NCBI GenBank assembly: GCA_947457615.1
Contig: CANGWK010000001.1
Span: 79,044 to 143,043 of the forward strand
Reading direction: 5' to 3'
DNA from: Flavobacteriaceae bacterium
Lineage (GTDB): Bacteria > Bacteroidota > Bacteroidia > Flavobacteriales > Flavobacteriaceae
Length of the DNA stretch: 64,000 nt
The notes beneath the pieces are model-generated. The model was not told where the DNA came from and ran no database searches. It saw only the letters and a list, made by a program, of their open reading frames with translations. Numbering within the stretch: the first letter of the stretch is position 1; each line of letters opens with the position of its first letter. Positions 21,811-29,745 of the stretch are shown here, piece by piece. A program made the translations under genes and the position numbers.

Positions 21811-23415
21811 ATGAAAAAAATCATCCTAATTCTAGTCTGTATGTTGAACAGTTATATGTTTTCGCATACTTTAAATTACGAAAAAATTGTATTAAGACAT
21901 TGGTCTATTCAAAAAGATAATACTTTTATTGAAGGATCTTTTAGTAAATTAAAAAATGGATTAGTTTCTATTGAAGATGCGCAAAATAGAATTATTAATG
22001 TTCCTTTAGAATCACTTTCGGATGCCGATCAAGCGTATGTAAAGAAAAGAGAAGAAGCTATTATTTATTTAAATACTTCTATTCCTTCAGTAAAAAAGTC
22101 GGAAAATAATTCTCCTTTCTTAATAAAATCTTTACTGATTGTTATTTTTTTATTGGTTTTTGGGATATGTATTTTCAAAATCGCAGAAAGAAAAAAAATA
22201 AAATATTTAGTTCCAATACTTTTTGCTGGTTTAGTGATGACTTTATTTAGTTTTGGCAAAAAATTACTTACCACTACTGATCCTAACTTTGTAAATTCTG
22301 CTTTTATTCCATTCATTCCAAACGTTCATACTTCTTGGGATAGCAATTATTTTTATGTAGAAAGCAAAGGAATTGCTAACCACACTATGATGGTAGGAAT
22401 ATCCAATCACGGTTGGCAACAACAAGTACCAATTCCACAATGTTACATCGGTAATAACCATTGGAGTATCCCTTTGAATCCAGTAATAGCAGCTACTCCC
22501 ACCCTAATTGACAATGTACATTTTACTAGAGGTGCTATTGCTCTTGCTGCTAATGGAGTGCCAATTTTTAACTATCACACTAATACCGGTATTGATTCGT
22601 ATTTGGATGGACAATTAGATAACTATGGAGGTCACTGCGGTAAAGGAGATGATTATCATTATCATACTGCTCCTATTCACTTATATACATTAGGTCAAAC
22701 CTCACCAACTCTCCCTTGTGCTTTTGCGTTTGATGGGTTTGCCGTTTATGGTAGTTTAGAATCAGACGGAACACCAATGACAGCTCTGGATACTAATCAT
22801 GGCCATTATGGAACTAACGGAATTTATCATTACCACGGAACTGCAACAGCACCTTATATGATTGGGAGTTTCGTAGGTCAAGTAACTGAAGATGCGACAC
22901 ATCAATTAATTCCGCAAGCAGCAGCACATCCAGTCCGTTCAGAAAATTGGGGGCCTCTTGGTGGTGCACTTATCACTTCCTGTCTTGCAAATGCAAACAA
23001 TAATGGTTATAACCTTTCATACAGTTTAAATGGAACTCCAGGATATGCTACTAATTTTAGTTGGAGTGGCTCAACTTATACCTTTAATTATGTTACGCCT
23101 ACCGGAACTATTCCTACAAATTATAATGGTTTCAATCAATGTAACGTTCCATTAACCAACAATGTTTTTGCTTTGGATAATGCTATTACATTATATCCGA
23201 ATCCAGCAAAAGATGTTCTTCAAATAAATCTTGGAAATGATATTTTCGAAAATGACATTCAAAATATTGATATCTACGGAATTAAAGGAGATTTAATTTT
23301 AAAAACAAATAGTTTTAAATCTAATATTGATATAAAAAACTTATCTTCTGGAACTTATTTTGTTAAATTTCAATTTTCAAATGCACAGATAACTAAAAAA
23401 CTACTAGTAAAATAA
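21811..23415 (+). CDS. YHYH-domain protein with N-terminal SHD1-like domain, two internal hydrophobic helices and T9SS type-A CTD
   Basis: Signal peptide; RHWS..IEGSF..VPLESLSDADQAYV; GAIALAANGVPIF, GGHCGKGDDYHYH, FAFDGFAVYG, GIYHYH; CTD LYPNPAKD..GTYFVK..KKLLVK. Confidence 0.85.
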   Translation: MKKIILILVCMLNSYMFSHTLNYEKIVLRHWSIQKDNTFIEGSFSKLKNGLVSIEDAQNRIINVPLESLSDADQAYVKKREEAIIYLNTSIPSVKKSENNSPFLIKSLLIVIFLLVFGICIFKIAERKKIKYLVPILFAGLVMTLFSFGKKLLTTTDPNFVNSAFIPFIPNVHTSWDSNYFYVESKGIANHTMMVGISNHGWQQQVPIPQCYIGNNHWSIPLNPVIAATPTLIDNVHFTRGAIALAANGVPIFNYHTNTGIDSYLDGQLDNYGGHCGKGDDYHYHTAPIHLYTLGQTSPTLPCAFAFDGFAVYGSLESDGTPMTALDTNHGHYGTNGIYHYHGTATAPYMIGSFVGQVTEDATHQLIPQAAAHPVRSENWGPLGGALITSCLANANNNGYNLSYSLNGTPGYATNFSWSGSTYTFNYVTPTGTIPTNYNGFNQCNVPLTNNVFALDNAITLYPNPAKDVLQINLGNDIFENDIQNIDIYGIKGDLILKTNSFKSNIDIKNLSSGTYFVKFQFSNAQITKKLLVK

Positions 23416-23418
23416 TCA

Positions 23419-24624
23419 ATGAAAAAAATAGCATTTCTTTTTCTATCCTCTATATCCTTTGCACAAACTGTTACCAAATCAATAGCATTGTTGCCAGATA
23501 CAGGACAAACAACTAGTTATACTACAACTTTTGGCGAAGACCAGGATTATAGTATTAATGTTCCCTCTTTTACAAATAATGGGAATGGCACAATAACAGA
23601 TAATGTTACTAAATTAATTTGGCAACAAACGGATGGTGGTGAAATGACTATAGAAAATGCAATTACTTATTGCAATTCTCTTTCTCTAGGAGGATATTCC
23701 GGATGGCGATTACCTACCCCAATGGAGGCTATGAGTATTCTTAATTTACAAAAAAATAATCCTGCAATGGATATAGTATACTTCCCTTCTACAGGTGCAG
23801 AATATTGGTGGACCAACACGTTTCAATTTGGTGATAACACTAAAGTATGGTGCACAAATTCTGGCGGAGGAATTGGTAACAAACCAAAAACAGAAACAAT
23901 AAGTGCTGGAGGAACTAAAAGTTACCATGTAAGAGCAGTTAGAAATGTTATAACTACAGCAATTTTACCTAATCATTTTACGGATAATGGCGATGGAACA
24001 ATAACCGATAATGTAACCCAATTAGTTTGGCAAAAAGTACCCAATCCAAATATTTTCAATTGGGAACAAGCAATCAGTTATGCTGAAGGTTTAACTTTGG
24101 CAAGTGCAACGGATTGGCGGTTACCTAATATAAAAGAATTACAATCGTTAAACATGGATAGCGCTTCTAATCCTTCAGTGAATACAACTTATTTTAATAC
24201 CATTGGGATTCATAATTATTGGTCTTCTACAACACTTTTACCAAATTCTGCCAATTTAACTAGTGCATGGTATTGGAATACACAATTCGGAATTACCTCC
24301 CACGATATCAAAACCAATTTAAATTATGTAATTTGCGTAAGAGGAAATCCCGTTTTAAGTTCCTCAGAATTCATAGTGGAAAATAACGTTAAAGTATATC
24401 CAAACCCTGCATCGAATTATGTTGTATTAAATTTCCCAAAAGTTATAAATTTAGTGCAAATAGAAATGATAGACGTAAATGGGAAAATTGTTTTTACTAA
24501 AAAAGAAAAATCAATTTCAAACGAGTATAAAATCGATATTAAAGATTTTTCAGATGGAATATATTTTATTAATCTAAGCAGTGAGAATTTAAAAAACACT
24601 TATAAAGTACTTATAAAAAAATAA
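23419..24624 (+). CDS. Tandem DUF1566 (Lcl C-terminal-like) domain protein with T9SS type-A CTD
   Basis: LPDTGQT, two copies of FT(N/D)NG(N/D)GTITDNVT.L.WQ..WRLP..E..YW..V(R/I)(A/C)VR; CTD VYPNPASN..GIYFI. Confidence 0.85.
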   Translation: MKKIAFLFLSSISFAQTVTKSIALLPDTGQTTSYTTTFGEDQDYSINVPSFTNNGNGTITDNVTKLIWQQTDGGEMTIENAITYCNSLSLGGYSGWRLPTPMEAMSILNLQKNNPAMDIVYFPSTGAEYWWTNTFQFGDNTKVWCTNSGGGIGNKPKTETISAGGTKSYHVRAVRNVITTAILPNHFTDNGDGTITDNVTQLVWQKVPNPNIFNWEQAISYAEGLTLASATDWRLPNIKELQSLNMDSASNPSVNTTYFNTIGIHNYWSSTTLLPNSANLTSAWYWNTQFGITSHDIKTNLNYVICVRGNPVLSSSEFIVENNVKVYPNPASNYVVLNFPKVINLVQIEMIDVNGKIVFTKKEKSISNEYKIDIKDFSDGIYFINLSSENLKNTYKVLIKK

Positions 24625-24626
24625 TC

Positions 24627-26234
24627 ATGTTTAATAAAAATTTCTTTATTGTTTTATTCTTTATTGGTTTTAATAATTATGCGCAACAGCGAAATGTTGT
24701 TTTAATTATTGTTGATGATTTAGGAAAAGATTACTGTGATATTTATCCAGATCACGGAGCTAATGTTGTTAATTTAACAAATGTAAGAAGACTTTTACCT
24801 CGTGGAGTTGTTTTTAATAATGCATGGTCCAATCCTTTATGTTCACCAACTCGCGCTGGAATTCTTACTGGGAGATATAGTTTTAGAACTGGTGTAGGCG
24901 ATGTTGTTGACGGTGGTAACACAAAATTAAATATTAATGAAAAAATTATTCCAAAGGTCTTGAATATTTATTCACCTAATGGAATATCTAAAGCTTGTAT
25001 AGGAAAATGGCATTTAACAACCTTTGCACCATTAGGGTACAATTACCCGACAACAATGGGTTTTGATCATTTTGAAGGAAGTTTAACAGGGGCTTTAGGA
25101 CAACCGGGACAACTAGTAACAGGGTTTAATAATTGGACTAAAATTACCAATGGTGTAAGTTCAAACTGTACTAATTATGCCACAACCGAAAATGTTAACA
25201 ACGCTATATCCTATATAAATAGTCAACCAGCAACAAAACCTTTCTTTTTATATTTAGCGTTTAATGCACCACATACCCCCTATCATTTACCTCCTGCTAA
25301 TTTGATTACCAATACTAATTTATCTGGAACACAAGCAGATATTACTGCTAATCCGGTACCTTATTTTCAAGCTATGACTGAGGCTTTGGATAAAGAAATA
25401 GGACGCTTTTTTGACTATTTAATTAGTTCAGGAAAATGGGATACTACCGATATCATTTTTATTGGCGACAACGGTGATGATTCTTTAGTGGCACAATCTA
25501 ATCCATCAAAAGGAAGTATTTATCAAGCAGGAGTTACAGTTCCATTTATTATTTCTGGACCAGATGTAGTAAATCCTAATAGAACTAATAATTCTTTAGT
25601 AAATACTGCTGATTTATTTGCTACAATTTTAGAACTTTTTGGAGATAGTAATTGGCAAAGTCAAATACCAACAACTATTGTTGATAGTCATAGTTTGTTG
25701 CCGATACTGTTAAACCAAACTACATCCGTAAGAACATGGGAATTTACAGAGATTTTTAAATTGATGCCATCATCCGGAGATGGAAAAGCAATAAGAAATA
25801 CCGATTATAAATTAATGAAGTTTGATGATGGTACTGAAAAGTTTTTCAACTTAACCAATACCCCAGTAGAAACTAATAATCAAAATTTACTTTTGGGCAC
25901 CCTTACTCCTAATGACATTACTAATTATAGCTACTTATGTAATCAAATGACAACTTTAGTTGGAGGTCCCTCCTATTGTAATCCATTACTATCTGTGGAT
26001 AATTCTACTTTTGAAAACAACGAAATAAAAATATTTCCAAATCCTTTTCATTTCAAAATAAATTTAAAATCCTATTCCGGAAATGAAAATTACGAACTAT
26101 ATTCTAATTTAGGACAACTTATTTTTAAAGGAAAATCTATTGAAAATCAAGATTTTTCTGCGTTAGCAGATGGTATCTATTTCTTGAAAATAACCGACAA
26201 AACAAGCTCCACTTTTAAGTTGGTTAAAGAATAA
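24627..26234 (+). CDS. Secreted Cys-type (formylglycine) sulfatase with T9SS type-A CTD
   Basis: IIVDDLG, CSPTRAGILTGRY (CxPxR), GKWHL, NAPHTPYH, GDNG, KGSIY; CTD IFPNPF..GIYFLK. Confidence 0.9.
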   Translation: MFNKNFFIVLFFIGFNNYAQQRNVVLIIVDDLGKDYCDIYPDHGANVVNLTNVRRLLPRGVVFNNAWSNPLCSPTRAGILTGRYSFRTGVGDVVDGGNTKLNINEKIIPKVLNIYSPNGISKACIGKWHLTTFAPLGYNYPTTMGFDHFEGSLTGALGQPGQLVTGFNNWTKITNGVSSNCTNYATTENVNNAISYINSQPATKPFFLYLAFNAPHTPYHLPPANLITNTNLSGTQADITANPVPYFQAMTEALDKEIGRFFDYLISSGKWDTTDIIFIGDNGDDSLVAQSNPSKGSIYQAGVTVPFIISGPDVVNPNRTNNSLVNTADLFATILELFGDSNWQSQIPTTIVDSHSLLPILLNQTTSVRTWEFTEIFKLMPSSGDGKAIRNTDYKLMKFDDGTEKFFNLTNTPVETNNQNLLLGTLTPNDITNYSYLCNQMTTLVGGPSYCNPLLSVDNSTFENNEIKIFPNPFHFKINLKSYSGNENYELYSNLGQLIFKGKSIENQDFSALADGIYFLKITDKTSSTFKLVKE

Positions 26235-26237
26235 ATT

Positions 26238-26807
26238 ATGGTTATTTTTTCTACTGCACTTCAGTACCTCTCAATAGGATTTACCCATGTTGTTCCGTAC
26301 GGTTTTGATCACTTGCTTTTTATCTTAAGTATTTTCTTTTTAAATTCTAATTTGAAATCCAAAGCAATTCAATGTTCGGTTTTTACTCTTGCTCATTGTT
26401 TGTCTTTAGGATTAGTAGTATCTGGTTTAATATTTCCTAACAACAATTATATAGAACCCTTAATTGCTTTTTCTATTCTGTTTATCTCTATTGAAAATAT
26501 TATTCAAACCAAAGTAAATCCCCACCGATTATTAATCCTTTTTGGATTTGGATTAATTCACGGAATGGGATTTGCTACTGCGTTAAAAGAAATCGGAATT
26601 CCCAAAGATCTATTTTTTACTTCATTATTATCTTTTAATATTGGAGTAGAATTAGGTCAAATCACGGTCCTTTTAGCAGTCTATTTTTTAATTAGTAAAT
26701 GGTTTGCACACAAAACCTGGTATAAAGAAAGGGTGGTTTACCCAATCTCTTGTTTGATAGGATGTGTAGCATTGTATTGGACCATTGAGCGTATATTAAT
26801 TTTGTAA
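26238..26807 (+). CDS. HupE/UreJ family membrane protein
   Basis: GFTHVVPYGFDHLLF, FTLAHCLSL, EPLIAFSI, FGLIHGMGFA, FNIGVELGQ. Confidence 0.85.
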   Translation: MVIFSTALQYLSIGFTHVVPYGFDHLLFILSIFFLNSNLKSKAIQCSVFTLAHCLSLGLVVSGLIFPNNNYIEPLIAFSILFISIENIIQTKVNPHRLLILFGFGLIHGMGFATALKEIGIPKDLFFTSLLSFNIGVELGQITVLLAVYFLISKWFAHKTWYKERVVYPISCLIGCVALYWTIERILIL

Positions 26808-26830
26808 TTAATATTTAATTTTCACAGCTA

Positions 26831-28123
26831 CTATTTTATTAATATCACAGAAACTCTTCTTGCTAAATCAAGTCCTGTTTTGGAGGAACTTGGGTAAGTA
26901 GTGTCAACTCCTTCGGCACTGACCGTCATTCTGCTATCACTAACACCTGTAGAAACTAAGAAATTTTTAATTTTAATTGCTCTACGTTTAGACAAATCAA
27001 GATTATTTAATTCTCCACCGCGAACATCAGCAAAACCTGTAAGTTTAATTTTAGATTCTGGATTATTTTTCAAATATTGAGCTAACAAATGGATGTTATT
27101 TTCTGATCCTTTATTAGGCATGTCTTCATTTACATCAAAAAATATATTTATGTTAAGTTTACCGTTTTCAAAGGAGGAACTAAAAGAATCATTATTATTA
27201 TTATTATTCACAATAACGTCAGCTTTTATTGGTTCTTCGTGCTCTAATTCATCTGGGATTCCATTTTTATTTAAATCAATGAATCTACCTTTTGTATCTA
27301 CAACAATACCTGTTGGAGTATTGTTTTGCAAATCTAAATAATCTGGAACACCATCTTTATCTGTATCTAACATAGATTTTTCAATTTCCGCAATTCGTTT
27401 TCTAGCATCGTCATCCACTTTAGAAGCTAGAGAAATATACCAATCTGCATGAACCTTATTTTTATCTCCAATATAGAAAGTTAGACCTAGTGAAGTATTA
27501 TAAATAGAACCTGTAAGATTATTTGCATCTTCAGAATAAGATCCATCCCAATTAAAGTGCTGTCTTAGATTATTTATGTAAGTAAAATCGCCATTTATAA
27601 CCAGCCAATTAGTCAATCTATATTGTGGAGTTAATCCTAAAATTAGCCCTCCATTATCTTCAGAAAGACCTTGGTTAATTCCGATTTGTGGTTTTAATTT
27701 TGAAAATTGCACACCTCCATGTGCTAATAAACCAATTCGTTTAGTGAAAGTTTCAAATTTAAGTAATCTTGAAAAATTCATTACGCCTTGAATTCCTAAA
27801 CGATATTGTTTTAAATTAAATTCTAAAGAACCACTTCCGCTTTGGTTTTTAATCTCATCATAAGCCAGATCAGCTTTTAATCCAAATAATGGAGAAAACA
27901 TATACCTTACCCCAAAATCATAGTGTTCAATACCATTAAAATAAAAGTAAGAATTTGGTTTAGATGTAAAATAACCAGGAGCAAAATTACTTAATGGCCT
28001 GTTTTGACCGGCACTTAATTCAATTGACCAATTATTATAGAGGTCTTTTTCTTTTTTTTCAACTTGGGCATAGGTAAACATTGCAATTGATGCAAATACT
28101 CCCAAAAACATTCTTTTTTTCAT
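26831..28123 (-). CDS. OmpA family outer membrane protein
   Basis: Signal peptide, beta-barrel-like N-terminus, DTDKDGVPDYLD Ca-binding-like repeat, C-terminal IFFD..LTGFAD..NLDLSKRRA..RRV. Confidence 0.9.
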   Translation of the reverse strand: MKKRMFLGVFASIAMFTYAQVEKKEKDLYNNWSIELSAGQNRPLSNFAPGYFTSKPNSYFYFNGIEHYDFGVRYMFSPLFGLKADLAYDEIKNQSGSGSLEFNLKQYRLGIQGVMNFSRLLKFETFTKRIGLLAHGGVQFSKLKPQIGINQGLSEDNGGLILGLTPQYRLTNWLVINGDFTYINNLRQHFNWDGSYSEDANNLTGSIYNTSLGLTFYIGDKNKVHADWYISLASKVDDDARKRIAEIEKSMLDTDKDGVPDYLDLQNNTPTGIVVDTKGRFIDLNKNGIPDELEHEEPIKADVIVNNNNNNDSFSSSFENGKLNINIFFDVNEDMPNKGSENNIHLLAQYLKNNPESKIKLTGFADVRGGELNNLDLSKRRAIKIKNFLVSTGVSDSRMTVSAEGVDTTYPSSSKTGLDLARRVSVILIK

Positions 28124-28310
28124 TTATTTAAATATTAATTGTTAAAAATATAACCTAATTTATTTGCCTAAAAATGAAGCAAATTATAAATCTTAAAAAT
28201 TTAAGATCTAATAGTAGGATGTAGGATAAAAAAAAGACTTGGGAGAACTGTTTTTATTTATATTAACCAAAAGTGACCTTTAGATTATTTGTTCGGAATA
28301 CAATTTAAAT

Positions 28311-28796
28311 TTAAAAATCAATTTTTTCATTTATATTTTCATTAATATAATTAATAACATGCCTTATTCTATAAGGGACATCTTCAATAATTTTTTTGTC
28401 ATTTTTTAATAAATCAATATTTTTATGCAAATAATTATAAAATATTAATTTCAAACTAGCATTCATATCCATTTCTCTGAAGGGCTTTACAAAAAAACCA
28501 TACGGGCGAGTACGTTTTACTTTTTCTATGGTTATACTATCCGCATTAGATGATAAATAACAAAATGGAATTAAATCCTCATTAAGCAAATACTGACCTA
28601 AATGAATACATTTTATTATTTCCTCATCAATATCTATTAATACTAAATGAATATTATTAGTTTCCATATAGTTAACAAGATCAATAGTAAAGATGGATAT
28701 GAATTTTAAATCATAATCTTCATCTTCAATAATGCTTTGTATATTTTGGAATAAAGAAAAATCTGAGCCAACAATTAAAATGTTGTTTTTTTTCAT
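28311..28796 (-). CDS. Response-regulator receiver protein, apparently lacking its output domain
   Basis: LVLIDI, YLSSNAD, RPYGFFVKPF. Ends at YRIRHVINYINENINEKIDF*, which resembles the first helix of an AraC HTH. Confidence 0.65.
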   Translation of the reverse strand: MKKNNILIVGSDFSLFQNIQSIIEDEDYDLKFISIFTIDLVNYMETNNIHLVLIDIDEEIIKCIHLGQYLLNEDLIPFCYLSSNADSITIEKVKRTRPYGFFVKPFREMDMNASLKLIFYNYLHKNIDLLKNDKKIIEDVPYRIRHVINYINENINEKIDF

Positions 28797-29154
28797 AAGT
28801 GTTCTTATTTATTTGCTTTTCTATTGAAAATAATAAAAATACACCCTATAATACTGTGTAAATTAAAAATTTTAAACATAAACATCTTCTAATACTTCGT
28901 TCTAAAAAAGATTGGTCTCTTTTTAATTTTAAAATTTAAAATCCAATAAATGTAAGTTAATATTAACTTAATTTAGTATTAATAAAAATAATTAACATTA
29001 TGAAATTAACATTTTAATATTATTAATGTTTATTTAATTTCACAAATTTATTTCTTTTTAATTCTATTATCAACATTATAATAAACCTAAAAAGCGGAAA
29101 ATTGACTTTAAATAAAATCAATTATAAAATAGAATAAAAAACAATCAATTATAG

Positions 29155-29166
29155 TATGCGTGCATA
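29155..29166. promoter_or_regulatory. Putative MarR operator
   Basis: Near-palindrome TATGCGTGCATA just upstream of TATATTTG (29178-29185) and the marR start. Confidence 0.5.
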
Positions 29167-29203
29167 ATAAATTATCGTATATTTGAATTAGATTATAATT
29201 AAT

Positions 29204-29635
29204 TTGAAAGATAAAACTATAGATTATATACTTCGGGCAACATGGCAAGCAGTTTCCCGAATGTACAATGAAGAAGCATCTCGATTTGATGGTTCCATGG
29301 CAATAGGATTTGCCTTACTAAGTATAGACAAAGAAAACGGCACTCCCTCAACATTTATAAGCAACCGCATGGGTATGGAAGCTACATCCTTAACCAGAAC
29401 TTTAAAAGCTCTTGAAGAAAAAGGTTTAATAACAAGAAAGAAAAACCCTGAAGATGGCCGAGGCGTTTTAATTTATCTGACTCAATTAGGAAAAGAAAAA
29501 AGAGAATTATCCAAAGAAACTGTTTTAAAATTTAATGAAACTGTAAAAAAAAATATTTCTGAAGAAAAGTTATTTCATTTTATTGAAGTTTCCGAAACGA
29601 TAAATAATTTAATTAGCGAAAAAAAGATTTTTTAA
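29204..29635 (+). CDS. MarR family transcriptional regulator
   Basis: MEATSLTRTLKALEEKGLITRKKNPEDGRGVLIYLT winged helix; TTG start; heads the beta-oxidation genes. Confidence 0.92.
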   Translation: MKDKTIDYILRATWQAVSRMYNEEASRFDGSMAIGFALLSIDKENGTPSTFISNRMGMEATSLTRTLKALEEKGLITRKKNPEDGRGVLIYLTQLGKEKRELSKETVLKFNETVKKNISEEKLFHFIEVSETINNLISEKKIF

Positions 29636-29745
29636 CAATAAGAAATAAATAGTATACAATAAAAAAATCCATGAATTCTCCACTTTATTTCATTTTGAAG
29701 TTTAAATAAATCTGGAGAATTGTATTGAAAATAAAATTACAAAAA

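Noticed and set aside
23419-24624. DUF1566 protein as the sulfatase's formylglycine-generating enzyme (shared RLP motif, related fold)
   Set aside because: Lacks the FGE copper-binding Cys pair and carries a T9SS export signal.
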